From positions 24,120,001 through 24,184,000 of the forward strand of contig NC_058383.1 of NCBI RefSeq assembly GCF_018350175.1: 64,000 bases of DNA, given 5' to 3'. Below are positions 12,562 through 25,406 of the stretch, one piece after another. The position numbers were made by a program, and so were the translations under genes. Below the pieces are notes generated by a model that was not told where the DNA came from, did not search any database, and saw nothing but the letters and a program-made list of their open reading frames with translations. This DNA comes from Felis catus (Eukaryota). Positions within the stretch are counted from its first letter, which is position 1, and the number at the start of each line of letters is the position of its first letter.

Positions 12562-13019
12562 AGTCACACAGCAAGTCAATTCTGGACACCCCAGCCCTCG
12601 ACCCAAAACACGTGCCTCCAGACCCCTGGCTTTCAAATACTGAAGGCAACCAAAATAAAATTCTGTTTGTTTAATGTGTTCCCATTAGCTTCTCTGTGTG
12701 TCTTGGGGTCCAGAGAAGTGTCTCCTACGTCATGTGCTTGTTTTGGCACTTTCTCCTCCCTGGGAAGTCCGGGATGCATTCCCCAGAGCAGGGGCACTTG
12801 GAGAGGAAAAGGGAGTGAGGTCCACTGAGGGACATGCAAAACTACAGGATGGAGGGTCAACGCTGGGTGTGGTGGCGAGCGACGTTAGACAGCGAGGTAC
12901 AGGGAATATTATAATATATATGTTACATACAACGGGCTTTGGAGGGGGCAGAAAGGGTTGTGGAGGGTTCCAGTGTATTGGGGCTTTTGGTGTTGGGGGG
13001 TTCGCACTTTCCGGCTCTG

Positions 13020-13960
13020 CACTCGACAGTGCGGCCAAGGGGTGGGCCTCCGGGGAAGTCCAGGAAGCCCACCCTCCGCCTCCCCGGGGGAATCTGGGGG
13101 AGAAGACACCACCAGGGCGGGGTGGTCCCGCATTCACCGCTCGGGCCTCGAAACCGCCACTGCTACACCTGCGCCTCCGCCGCTGAGGCACGCGGTTAAC
13201 CGGGCGCGGCGCCTCCTCCCAACGTCTTCGCCAACCGCCCAGCTGCCTGCTGGCCTCGTGAGCAGGTCAGTGGCCAAGGACCCTTCCTCGCGCATGCGCG
13301 CACGCACCTAGTCCCCCAGCCTGCCCCCTCCTCCCTGCAGCCCCGCCACCTGGCCCGCACGCGCCTTCCTGCCCTCTGCGCGCACTGGACCCTCCGCCCG
13401 GGACCCCTTAGAGTGTGGGGCCCCACCCAGCACTGCCGGAGGCCCCCAGACCCTCGGCGCCCTACCTCGGGGCCCGTGCGCTTGCCCCAGGCTCTCTGCC
13501 GCTAGACCCCGCTGGACCACCCCACCACCCTCCAACTCTCGCGGGCTCCCCTCTCCCTCAAGTGTCATGGTCACCTCAGCGGGCCAGTAGCTCGTGGCAG
13601 GAAGTTGGGAGAGATTCACTGGCCGCCCTCTAGGGTCTGTGGGCGGCAGCAGAGAACTTGCAGAGGTTCCCCCCCTCGGGGACCCGCAAGCCTGCTGCGG
13701 GGGCCACTCGCAGCCCCCGACGTGGGGCGACTCTGGCGTAAGGCGCGCGGTCCTCGAGTCCAGCTCCCCAGCGAGCGCCGCCTGCGCCTCCACACGTGGG
13801 CGCTCTGCGCGTTGTGACTCCCACGGCGTCCTCTCCACGCGCTTCCCCGACCCGCCAGCCACTCGGGGAGCCCCACGTCCCGACCTCTCTCCTGCTCCAC
13901 AAATTCGTCAGTGGTCGCTTCTCTTGGCGGACCCCACCCCAATACCCACCTTCGGTGTAG
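13020..13960. promoter_or_regulatory. CpG island / probable promoter
   Basis: Only long non-repeat GC- and CpG-rich block in the window; GCGCATGCGC (NRF1) 13290-13299, GC box 13115-13120, CACGTG 13793-13798. Confidence 0.85.
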
Positions 13961-14679
13961 CTTAAGCGTTGCCAAGCAGGTTCTGAATTCTGCCAGAGGC
14001 TAATCTCTTCCCTACCCCGCCAGGGATCGGGTTCTGGCCTCTAGGCAGCAAATGGAATTGGGTTCTTGAACTGTCAGGTTAAGCTTGGTCAGGAGAGGGT
14101 GCTGGCGGGACGCTACAGGGCCAAAGGCTGCTGCTCCAGGTTCAGTGTTTTCTCTTGATTGTTGCTCTCCCCTTGCTGTCAGCAGCAGGTGTGGAGGACA
14201 TTTCTGGGCATTCACCCTGCACCTCCCCCGACCCCCATTAACCGTGGATTCTCAGTGACTCCGGCAGGTGCCCCTGCCTAGCACCAGCCTGCCAACAACC
14301 ACAGAAAAGAGTTTCCTGCTAGCTAGATCCAGCCACAGTTCCTTGCTGGCTAGCCGAGGCAGCCTGTAACTATGGGGTGTTTCCTGTTTGCTCAGCAGGT
14401 TTGGAACAGCCTTGACCCAGGGCCAAGAAACTTCTCCACCATCAAGTGAGCCCCAAGTTCACCTTCTCCAAGAATATCTGAATCCCAGTCTTGGGGAAGG
14501 GTCCTCTTCCAAGTTTGTTTCTTCCTTGGATATTTTCCCTCATCCATAGTGTATCCTTTGGAGTTCCCTGTACCTCCTATAGCTAACCCCCTGCTATAAT
14601 TAATCATTCTTTTAACTTTCCCTGTTCAAATTGCTGTGTGGTTTCCTGACTCCAAGTGGGGATACTGACGAACGCTCCT

Positions 14680-14835
14680 GCTTACTTGCTGGGTGACCCT
14701 GGGTAAATCCCTTAACCCCTCTGCCTCTCCCATGTACAGTGAGGATAATAATAGCTGCAATACCTAGCCCAGAGTTTTGTAGTGGGATTAAATAATGCAA
14801 TGCATGTAAAGTGCTTAGTAGAGGAACTGACATAA
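14680..14835 (+). mobile_element. MIR SINE fragment
   Basis: tgggtgaccctgggtaaatcccttaacc...ggataataatag...gtaaagtgcttag, MIR core. Confidence 0.75.
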
Positions 14836-15580
14836 TTTGTTCGTTTCTTGCTGGAAGATAAGAGGTGAATTGGATCATAGGGACAGTGAAGAGACCACCA
14901 CACTCAAGGAATTTTAAAAAGAGTCATTAATTATGCCAACTGTGAGACTAGATGCAAGTAAGACCTTAATAAAATGAGTTCCCCCTCCTCTTTTAAAGTT
15001 TGCCAGCCTGCAAATTTTGCGATTACTGAAATCACTGGTGATGTATGGTACGTATGGGAGTGGAACCCACAGAAAGTTATACCTAAAAACAATTAGCTTT
15101 TGGGTATAATTTTATTATTCACAAATATCCAACTAAGAATATATAAACCTTGAACAAACCATCCTAAAGTAGAGCAGCTTCATGGATTCTTTCTATCTTG
15201 CAACTGGACAACAATTATCTCTTGTCTGCTCATCTGCCCGTGAATCTTGAGAGTTACTAGATTTCTCACATGGCTTATGGGGGACTCCATGTGGCCAAAC
15301 AAGAATCTGAGGAAGAGCTCTGTATATCATTCTTCACTTCATTTCTTCTTCTTTTCTTCTTAATCAGAGGTGGGACAAGAATAGAAAAGAAAATAGTATT
15401 TTTTAAATAATGGTTTTGCTTTCTGTTCTTGGACTCTAAATGTTATGGTACAAAGATTCTCTTGCAAATGAAGAATCTTGGTTTGAGTTTTGGAAATAAT
15501 AACCCCACACACCCCTACCCCTTAAAATTTGATACTGATTTTAATTAGATCCTTTTTGGTATAAAATTGTGTGTGGGTGA

Positions 15581-15736
15581 GGGGTGCCTAGGTGGTTCAG
15601 TGAGTTAAGTCTCTGACTCTTGATTGTGGCTTGGGTCATGATTTCATGGTCGTGAGACTGAGCCCCACATCTGATTCCGCACTGGGCATGGAGACTGCTT
15701 AAGATTCCCTCTCCCTCTCCCTTTGCCCTCAAAAAA

Positions 15737-15737
<1 letters not shown>
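15581..15737 (+). mobile_element. Older Can-SINE
   Basis: ggggtgcctaggtggttcag...ctgcttaagattccctctcc. Confidence 0.85.
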
Positions 15738-15738
<1 letters not shown>

Positions 15739-15787
<49 letters not shown>

Positions 15788-15802
15788 TTTGTGTGTGTGT
15801 GT
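15739..15802. repeat. (GT)n microsatellite
   Basis: Long GT run with one interruption. Confidence 0.95.
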
Positions 15803-16110
15803 ATCCATGGGAAAAATGGTTTGATACATACTTAATGTTCCTCTTAACCACAACTCAAGTACTGAAACAATCCTTTTGCTTTTCAAGCTGTCCCATTTGA
15901 CAGCACCATTTTTTTTTGGATGTTTCTGTTTAAACATTCAGGATGCTCAAGAATATGTCCTTTTCCTACCCTGATTAATGCTGCTCTTTTGTATTTCTAG
16001 GAAAACAAGCATTTCACCAAATGTCTTTAGATTTGCACATGCTGGATACACAAGCCACACATGTAAATTTACAGAAGAGTGACATATGTATGTTATTCTT
16101 TGGAGGACTC

Positions 16111-16116
16111 TTTATT
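16111..16116 (-). terminator. Polyadenylation signal of the ABCA gene
   Basis: AATAAA on the minus strand, 110 nt after the TGA stop. Confidence 0.65.
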
Positions 16117-16226
16117 ATGTAAATACATTTATGCCAAGATATACACACCCATAGTAATGCCCCTCTATGTGTCCAGTAATAGAGTAGTCTAAGGAAGACA
16201 TAAGGGTCACTGTTTGGGAGTAAATC

Positions 16227-16367
16227 TCATGGTACCTTTTCTTGATAATCACCTTCTGTGTTCTCTGGGTTAGCAAAGATCAGGAAGACTTGTTCCAGTG
16301 TTATCTGACTGATGGAGTAGTCTTCTAAATTGAATTTCTCTTTAGCTTCCTCCAAAATACCAAACAC
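16227..16367 (-). CDS. ABCA14/15/16-like transporter, last coding exon
   Basis: AAG acceptor; [51 protein letters not shown]-terminal DYSxSQxTLEQVF motif. Confidence 0.92.
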   Translation of the reverse strand: MFGILEEAKEKFNLEDYSISQITLEQVFLIFANPENTEGDYQEKVP

Positions 16368-16764
16368 CTTTAGCAACAACAGCAGTAAAAAAGTGCAGTT
16401 ACCATTGCAGGCCTCCCCTCCAGCCTCCAACCCAGCTGAGCATCTCCTGCCCGTCCTCCAAGTCCTGCCAAGTTCATGTTGGAGGACAAAAGGGGAAGAT
16501 GAGAAAATGAACAGATAATTGAGAATCTGCAAGGAAGCACTTCTCTGTCCCTATTATCTTGTTAGACATGACAAATAATGGGATTTAAGAAAGAAAAATC
16601 AATTAAACTCTAGGGGCCTTTGAAAAATAACATACTTTAGGGAATTTTTCTGCTCCTCATACAATGTCAGCCTCCAATTACATATGCTTGGATATCAGAT
16701 ACTTCCCCCATCAAAAGCGCTTTCTTAACATGTAATGTTAGAAGAGCATGGTTTCTACATTCAC

Positions 16765-16838
16765 CTTTCCCCAGCTGTTGTCCTTGCTGGGAATGTAGTA
16801 GTTTAGGATCCCTTGATTCTCATGCTTTAATACACTAC
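16765..16838 (-). CDS. ABCA-like exon (74 nt)
   Basis: ttag|...|gtgaat; (G)SVLKHENQGILNYYIPSKDNSWGK, phase 1 to 0. Confidence 0.9.
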
Positions 16839-17512
16839 CTAAGAAATGAAAGCAAGATAGATAATCTTAACAGATACCATTTTTAATTTCCAAAATATTG
16901 CTATATCAACTTCATTATACACAATTGTTAATACAAAAAAATGACATGGTCAAATAACCCACTCTCTTTGGTACACATGACATGGTTAATTCCTTTCAGA
17001 TTTATTCCTGATGAATAGCCTTATTATGTGGAGTTCATAGCAATTACTAAAGGTATGCTTTCAGGTACAGTAGTCAGCTCACATGCCCCATGTTCAAAAC
17101 CTGAGCCTCCTCAAATTCTAATGTTACAACAAGACTTTATTCCTGAACATAGTGCTGAGAATATGATGAGCTGGCTGGATTTTCACTCTGGTTGTGTGGA
17201 TATGTATGCATGTACAGTGTGCTTGGTGGGGAGGAGAGGAAGACAATGCCTCCTCACTATTTGCATTATCACATGCCCCATGAAAGACAAAATCATGCCT
17301 ATAGATTACCAAAGTCAGCCTGTATGTTCTGTGTGTTCTTACCCACTGGTGGAATGACAGGGAAAAGGGTGGTATCCATTTCTAATGGGAACAAACATTT
17401 ACGCTCATCAGTGCACATTTGCAGGTTGACGAAAATTGGATTAACTGGGTTTAAAATGTTTTAAAGTAAAAAATACATGTTCATAATGGTGAGATTTTTT
17501 AATGCGAATTTT

Positions 17513-17735
17513 TAAAAAAAATTTTTTTAACAGTTTTTTTAAATTTATTTTTGAGACAGAGAGAGACAGAGCATGAATGGGGGAGGGGCAGAGAGAGGAG
17601 ACACAGAATCGGAAGCAGGCTCCAGGCTCCGAGCCATCAGCCCAGAGCCCGACGCGGGGCTCGAACTCACGGACCGTGAGATGGTGACCCGAGCCGAAGT
17701 CGGACGCTCAACCGACTGAGCTACCCAGGCGCCCC
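17513..17735 (-). mobile_element. Young Can-SINE
   Basis: TSD TTTAATGCGAATTTT at 17498-17512 and 17736-17750. Confidence 0.95.
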
Positions 17736-17759
17736 TTTAATGCGAATTTTAATGCATGT

Positions 17760-19950
17760 ATTGTCTCCATGGTCATGTACAGCTCTTTTTTGTGTGTGAA
17801 ATATTTGAAACATGGAGTTTAATGAATTACTCAAAGCAAACACTGGTGAAATCATCTCATTTAGGCCAAGTAATAGTAACACAGAAACTCCCATGTGCCA
17901 CTTCTCAGCCTCTATCCCCCATAAAAAGTCACCAATACCTTCATTGTTATTGTGGATATTTCCTTTCCTAAGTGTTTTTACCTGTGCATACACCTCTAAA
18001 AATTGAGGTAGAATTTTCCTACCTTTGAAGCTTATGTGAATGGAATCATCTGATATATATATTTTCTTTCTGCTTCTTTCACTAAATGTTGTGAGATTCA
18101 TTCGTGTGGTTGCATATAGCTATAATTCATTTTCCTCTGTAAATAGTAATCCGGTATATGAATATTCCACAGTTTGTTTTCCATTAGGCTACTGATAGAC
18201 ATACAGGTTGTCTGACTATTGTGAATATTGCCGACTTAAGTATTATTTTACTTATCTCCTTGTTACAGGTGGATGCAAGTATCTAAAGTGTAGCTGTAGG
18301 TAGAATTGTTGGGCCATAGCTTTTTTAAAAACTGGAAAGAGTGTCACTCGCACTCTTCCTACAAGAAAGCTGGAAAAATTGCAAATAATGTTTTTTCTTG
18401 AACCCATCAGTTTTATGATAGGGCAAACTCAGAGCAACCTGTGTCTGGGGAGAGACAGGCATCTACAGAGAGGATTAGGGCCAGAGCATTTGTTTGTGCA
18501 AGGCAGACACTGCCAGATGATAGAAGCTGAATTTAAAAAATGTAATAAGTAGCTAAAGATCAAGTGTGGGACAGCAAGAGAATTAAGAAGCCCACTCTTT
18601 AATTTTTAACTTCTCTGATTTAGTTTTTTTTAGTAGTGATTCTTACACACATTAGAGAACTGGATTTTGCTTATGAGCCAAGCTGAATTTTTTTTTCATT
18701 TCATGCAGGAGTTAAGTCTATTTATATATGCTGAAAGCAACAGTATGTTTAATTGTGGTCCTCCTATATAATTTTTAAAATTATATATACATATATACAG
18801 ATAAATGCATAAATATAAATACAAATGTAAATATACAAAATACATGTGTGTATGTACTTCACCTTGTGGTTGGTTCTTTTTATTCTTACTGTTATATGGG
18901 TGATATATTTTGTTCTTATGGTTAACTTCATACTAATGTCTTTTCCTAATACCCATAAATAGTCCCTTCTTTTCAAGACAGTGGTATAAACATTCAGTGC
19001 TCACCAGTAGTTCCTATGCAGAAACTTCTCCAATCATTCCTTAGTCGACACAAAGTTTTTGTTTGTATAGTCTTCAGGGAGAACCACTGGGGACAATAAC
19101 TCCCGAATACCTATTTGTTTATAACTCTTTTTGAATTTTATTCTTGAAGATCATTTTGGCTGCATGTGAAACCTACAGGTTGTATTTTTCTTAGCATAAA
19201 ATGTTTTATCACAAAGCCCGAGATCAATCTAATTTTCTTTCCCTTATAAACTTTCCTTCTTTCCCTTATCTTTTTACCTGGAATCCAAAGGTCAACCACC
19301 TTTATTATTAAAATACAATAGTTACATTGGAATACTCCTTGGTGTTGATGATATTGAGTCAATTTTTCAGGTTGTCCTTTTAGTAAGCAGGTTTGTCTCA
19401 TCTTAGGAAATTTTCTTGAATGATAGTTTTTAGTATTTATTCCATTTTATGGCTTTCCTTTTCTTCTTTGTGGACTAATTTCATATTGTGTTGGATGGTC
19501 CTTGCCTTGCCTCTCTCTACTTTCACATGCTTAACTATGTTTCTGTTTGATGGTTTTCTGTTTTTCTCCTTTCCAATACCGTTCCCTTGTGCTTTCTGTG
19601 TGGTTTATTTGCTCTTGATAGTTAAGTATTTCTGAAATATTTACTTAAAGTATTCTCTCCAGTGAGGTCAGCTGTCTTTATATATCCCCTTGTTGTCTAA
19701 CCATCTAATCTTCTTGCCCTTTCAATTCTAATTTAGGATTTTCTTACATACCATCTATTCCCTTCTTAATTCTGTAAGCTCATATTGAAATATTAGATAC
19801 TAGTTTCATCTACTTTGTAGCCTTACAGCTCTGCTGTTCTTTCAATCTCTGTAGGTTATTTTCTTTTATCCTCTTTTATGATATTTTTCTGTGGGATTCA
19901 ATTTTAATCTTTTCAATCATTTATATTTAAATGAGGTTAATTTTCTTATA
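17760..19950 (-). mobile_element. Old L1M fragments
   Basis: T-rich degenerate L1-like sequence (gtgagattcattcgtgtggttgcatatagc). Confidence 0.55.
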
Positions 19951-20277
19951 GCTTTAGTAGGTGTTTCCTATGTAGAAGGTAGGGTAGGACAGAATATTTT
20001 CTTAGCTTTAGAGTCCTCTTTTGAAGGGTTCCTTCTAAGAGTCTTCTGGGATTTATCAAGTAGACCTTCCTCTGGTACTCTCTGATATCTGCCTCCTGTG
20101 GGTCTCTCTCCACTCCAAACTTAAATTTGAGATCCTTTCCTCCAGAAAGGATATCTGCTTGCTTCTACTTGGAATCAGAGGATGCTACTCTGATGAGGGA
20201 GCTTGGGGCAAGCTGAGGGCAAAATGTAGGCTGGCATCCCCTGCCCCCCCCCCCCCCCCCGCAACAAGTGGAATATG

Positions 20278-20899
20278 TGTGATATTCCTTGGACACTCCT
20301 GGTTACCCAAAAACAAAGGAAAGGGGTTTAAGTGCTTGCCACAGTAAAATGGGAAACTAAGGCAAATGAAGAATTAAGTTCCTTTACTGCTTGTAGCCCA
20401 TTGACAAGTCCTTGAAACAGAGTGACCTCCTTCTAGGAGCTTAGCTGCCTCGATGATGACAGTTTGCTGGGCAAAAGAGAACATTAGCTTAACATTATCC
20501 CAACCTTAAGGATCCTGAAAGTCTACTTCCTTTATCTCAACTGCCCCAAGATATATGCTGACAATCATACTCCAAGCTTACGGCCCCCGATATACATCTG
20601 AAGGGTCTCAAGACTGAGGTTTTGTTAAATGGTAATAAATGATGTTTCCCTAGCAACAGCTAGCCCCTCAAGGTCCTGGAAACCTTGCTTCCAAAATTCT
20701 TTCAGAGACTTACTCTATCCCTGACCCCCTCCCAACCTGAGGGTGTATAATGAGTTACCCATCAGGACTCCAGTGCAGCTCTTTCTGCCCATGGGTTCTG
20801 TCCCCATGCTTTAATGAAATCACCTTTTTGCACCAAAGATGTCTTCAAGAAGTTTTTCTTGGCCATTGGATCCAGACCCCATGAACCAAAACTTCATCG
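20278..20899 (+). mobile_element. Carnivore ERV1-type solo LTR
   Basis: TG start, gtataat TATA-like element, gcagctctttctgcccatggg, degenerate poly(A) signal, catcg end. Confidence 0.65.
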
Positions 20900-21835
20900 T
20901 AACTGACCAACCCACTTGTGGCTGTCTCTGGATGAGCTTCCCAACCCTGACGAGGGTCCAGAGCTTCATCAGTGATCCCAGTGCCAAGATGGCACTTGCT
21001 TCCACAATTCGTATTTTCTAACTGCTCACTGTTTCTTTTATTTGTTTTCTCCTTTTTTCTTATTTTCTGGTTGTTAAAATTTTTTTTCCCAATTTTGTTT
21101 GTAAGACAATTATTGTATTTAAGATGTATTTGTTTAAATTTTTACCAATTTCTAGGTTATTTTACCAGGAGCACTTTTCAGAATATATAAGCTAACATAC
21201 TGTAGAAATCATCTTTGCCTTAAAAAAACCACATGATCATTTAAACTTACTCAGGATTATGCAGAATCATTTACCCTAGATATCTGATTATTGTGGCAAG
21301 TCCTCTTTAGAGTATACATTCTAGATGACTTTTGCTTGCAGTATTTATTTCTTCTTTTTAAAAATCAAAATTTGGGTATAGATGCCATGTCAATTCCTTT
21401 TTGATTCTGTCATATTTGAATAGGTATTTGCTCTAGCATAATGTAAGAAAGAACAGGGCAACAACCACCTTACAGTTGAGAAAATGCCTCAAACCCACAT
21501 TTCCATTAAAGCTCTTGTGTCCACATCCTTGAAAATAGGTCATGGGTCAGTGTTTAGTGTCCTTCCTTCAAGAAGAGCTAGGACAGCACATAGTAGTGAG
21601 GTTTTCTGGTCACAGCTTCTCTCATGGTAATTTATCACATGAAATAGAAGTTTGATAGAATGGTACTCAAAAATATGTGAATGAATGCATTAAGTGAGTA
21701 TTAAACTTCTTTCTTAATGGACGCATCCATCTGCATGTGTCCTATGCACATCATGATCACTATGGCCAACACTGAGGTAATTACTTTCCCATACATCTAT
21801 TCTCCACATCTCCACTTCCATTCATTTCTTATCTA

Positions 21836-21901
21836 TTTTCTTTTTTTTAAGTTTACTTATTTATTTGGGGGGGGGAGGGTCAGAGAGAGGAGGAGAGAGA
21901 G

Positions 21902-21968
<67 letters not shown>

Positions 21969-22093
21969 CCTAAGCAGGCTCCACACTGTCAGCACGGAGC
22001 CTGACACGGGCTTTGAATCCAGGAACTGTGAGATCATGACCTGAGCTGAAATCAAGGGTCGGATGCTTAACCGACTGAGCCACCCAGGCACCC
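21836..22093 (-). mobile_element. Can-SINE with expanded (GA)n
   Basis: Reverse SINE body and long GA run. Confidence 0.9.
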
Positions 22094-22305
22094 TTCTTAT
22101 CTGTTTTCTGATATTTATTCCTACTGTGTAATCAATCATGCTCTTTCCCATTGCCTGAAAGATAAACTTATAACTCCTCAGCCTGACACACAGTGGGAAC
22201 TTCTCTGATATTTTACTCACCCTCACAAAGTGGAGTAAGATGAAAAACCAGAATTATTAAAATCTTTTCCATGCCTCTGCTTTATGTTTAAGAAAGAGAG
22301 GTAAA

Positions 22306-22520
22306 GGGGCACCTGGATGGCTCAGTCAGTTAAGTGTCCAGCTTCAGCTCAGGTCATGATCTCACCGTTCATGAGTTCGAGCCCCGCATCGGGTTCTGGG
22401 CTGACAGCTCAGAGCCTGAAGCCTGCTTCAGATTCTGTGGTCTCCCTCTCTCTCTCTGCCCCTCCCCCATTCATGCTCTGTCTTTCTCTCTCAAAAAATA
22501 AATAAACATTAAAAAAAAAA
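22306..22520 (+). mobile_element. Can-SINE
   Basis: TSD AAGAAAGAGAGGTAAA on both sides. Confidence 0.92.
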
Positions 22521-23061
22521 AGAAAGAGAGGTAAAGGACAGAAGGAAATAGTTGCTGTCTCTGGTATTGTACCATATAGGCAGAGAGATGCTTGTTGCAT
22601 TTAGCAGCAGAAGCAGAACTAATCTTGAGAGAAGAGAAAAACTTAGTGGTTCTTGTTTGCATTTCTATATCACATCCTGGCTGAGATATCAAAAGATTGG
22701 GATACATGCTTAGTTAGAATAAAAAGCCTTAAGACTTTGCAAAAGTAATATGTGAAAATGAGCATTGTACTTGAAAATATGACTTTAGTGGTATAATTTA
22801 TATTGATAGCACAAATCCAAAACTGCCTTATTACAATGATACAAGAGATTAGTGAGAACCTTTTTATACGTGTGTGAAAAAATATGTATCGTTATGCTAA
22901 AGTTATAGAAAGAAGGATCCCAAAAGGAATTCAGTATGGAAGGTCAATAAATATCAATATCCCACAGGAAACACTTACTGAAGACATAAAACATATGGAT
23001 GATGAAACAATAAAACCATGATTTAACACATCTTTATAAAAGTTAGCCTAACCTAGTTTAC

Positions 23062-23252
23062 CTGGGAATGTCATTGTGATGAAAAATTTTAAATCATTCA
23101 GTTTATCCTCCTGTGCATCAATCTTGACCTTGATCTTCAGGACGTAAATGTTGCCAAACTTGCTTTTGAGGTGCTGAGGGCTACCCAGGCACATGAACTT
23201 TCCCTCCACCATGATGGCCAGCCTGGTACAGAAGGCGTCACATTCCTCCATT
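23062..23252 (-). CDS. ABCA-like exon (191 nt), after the H-loop
   Basis: ctag|a atg...cca g|gtaaac; [33 protein letters not shown]. Confidence 0.95.
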
Positions 23253-23628
23253 CTAGCAAAACATGATACCATAAAAAGTTCTGGTTTTGGGGGACATTCT
23301 GTAGTTCAAACAGAGCCAGGATTTGTGACTCTGTTTTCAATGTGAAGTGGAATTTGGTAATCATAAAGATTATAGTTGGGAAGTGACAAATTTTCAAACA
23401 ATTAGTAGAGTACAAATCCTCAAACACAGCATCTCTTAAACTTCCTGCTCTTTCTCCACTCTTAATTATTTAACTCAGTGAGTATTTTTGGCCACTCTAT
23501 TCATTAGGATTAAGGAGGAACTCACATACACTAAAATTTATTGTCAATATTCCTAGCCCCAAATAATTCTTGCTTATAGTCAATATAGTACTTGCCAACC
23601 CTCGTTCAAGCCTCCAAATGAGCCACAC

Positions 23629-23799
23629 CTATGGGAAGTTATAATGATGGCTTTGCCACTTTCACGTGTCCATGTCACAGCATCCCAGAGCAGGCGTCGG
23701 GCTCCAGGGTCCATGCCAGTTGATGGCTCATCTAGCAAAATGACTGAGGTATTTCCCATTAGGGCAATAGCAGTACTCAGCCTATGTTTGGTTCCTCCA
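23629..23799 (-). CDS. ABCA-like exon (171 nt): signature, Walker B, H-loop
   Basis: (S)[56 protein letters not shown]; aag| and |gtgtgg borders. Confidence 0.95.
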
Positions 23800-24461
23800 C
23801 TTTATGGTCATAGAAGGAAAGAAAATTTAGAAGAAAGGGAGGTTATACAAATTAGTTATTTATAGGAAATAGCACAAACATATCAACAAACATTTAACAT
23901 GAAATTGCGCAATGTTGATTAGTTTTACTTCAATAAGTTAGGTCCAGTACAGGTGTATATATCAAATAATTTTCATTTGAAATGTAGATGAGTGACTTCT
24001 ATGTAACTGATTTTAGCCACATTATCAGTGACATTTATTTACTTGTGCTTAGGGTACCATGATTTCCCAAGTATATGAATCTCCCATAATTCAAAGGGCC
24101 TAGATTTCTTCTTTCTTGGGAGACAAAGAACAATTTGGACACTAGGACGAATAGTATACCTTTGTGATAATAGATAATATATTGAGGAAACATCTCTTTT
24201 GAGATTTAGAGTCTATAGTTCAAATTTAACCAGGATTTTAGTTTCATCTCTGCAAAAGAAAGACATGGAACTACACTGATTGATCTTAATTGCTATTATC
24301 TGATATTAGCAACTCATGAGATAGTTTCACAATTAGATAATACTGTTACAGAGGGCCTTGGGTAGAGCTGTGCACATTTATTTCAAACATCAGAGACATA
24401 GGGAGGCATCTCAACATTATAACAGCTGCAACAAAAAGATCCTAATAATGAAATAACTCAC

Positions 24462-24649
24462 CTGTAGGTTATGATAAGCTTGTCAGCATGGAGTTCCAGT
24501 TGCATTGAATTCAACCATCTATTCACATACAGCTGAATCTGGGGCTCAGAGATTCCCCATAACCTGGCATACATGATCATTATTTCCCGACCAGTCATGT
24601 ATTCCAGCAATGCTTCAGACTGAGGACAATAGCCAACTCTTGATTTCAC
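24462..24649 (-). CDS. ABCA-like exon (188 nt): Q-loop
   Basis: cag|VKSRVGYCPQSEALLEYMTGREIMIMYARLWGI...HADKLIITY|gtgagt. Confidence 0.95.
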
Positions 24650-25154
24650 CTGATTAAGAGAATTGCCTTAATAAGGACCCAAGTCATCTATCCCACTGAG
24701 TGTCCCTGGATGAGACAGAAGACTACAGTCCTCCAGGCCATGTCTCTAAGAGTCTTACCAAGAATTTTTCTTTTCTAAATGCTACACAATGATGGCCACT
24801 GGATCTGTTGTAATAAGTTGGAATAAAAGATTCCTTAGTTCAGTTTTAATGATATTAGCAATGAAAAAGTTAGAAATAAAGTCTCAGAGCCCAGTGAATT
24901 TGGAATTTTAGAGTATGAATTACTCCCCTCATTAATAAGAAACTCTAATGGGCATGGCCACCATGGAAGTTTTTGCATTGCACAACCTGCACAGTCATGT
25001 CTAGATCTTGTTTCACAGTAAGACTGAACCAGAAGCAAAGCCTTATCCCACTGTCACAAACAGAATGCAATGAATGTTGTTTTGCCAATTAACCAATCCT
25101 TTTATGGATTTGCATTCAGATGCAAATAGGTATTCAGAGGAAAAGATAATAAAA

Positions 25155-25156
25155 TT

Positions 25157-25199
<43 letters not shown>

Positions 25200-25406
25200 T
25201 TTCAACGTTTATTTATTTTTGGGACAGAGAGAGAGCATGAACGGGGGAGGGGCAGAGAGAGAGGGAGACACAGAATCGGAAACAGGCTCCAGGCTCCGAG
25301 CCATCAGCCCAGAGCCTGACGCGGGGCTCGAACTCCCGGACCGCGAGATCGTGACCTGACCTGGCTGAAGTCGGACGCTTAACCGACTGCGCCACCCAGG
25401 TGCCCC
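25155..25406 (-). mobile_element. Young Felidae Can-SINE with (ATTT)n tail
   Basis: Near-identical to the 644 and 28862 copies. Confidence 0.93.

Noticed and set aside
12698..13975. Many overlapping 70-184 aa ORFs
   Set aside because: Expected from stop-poor GC-rich DNA; no recognisable protein. I also looked for recalled first coding exons of plausible neighbours (UQCRC2, CCNF) and did not see them
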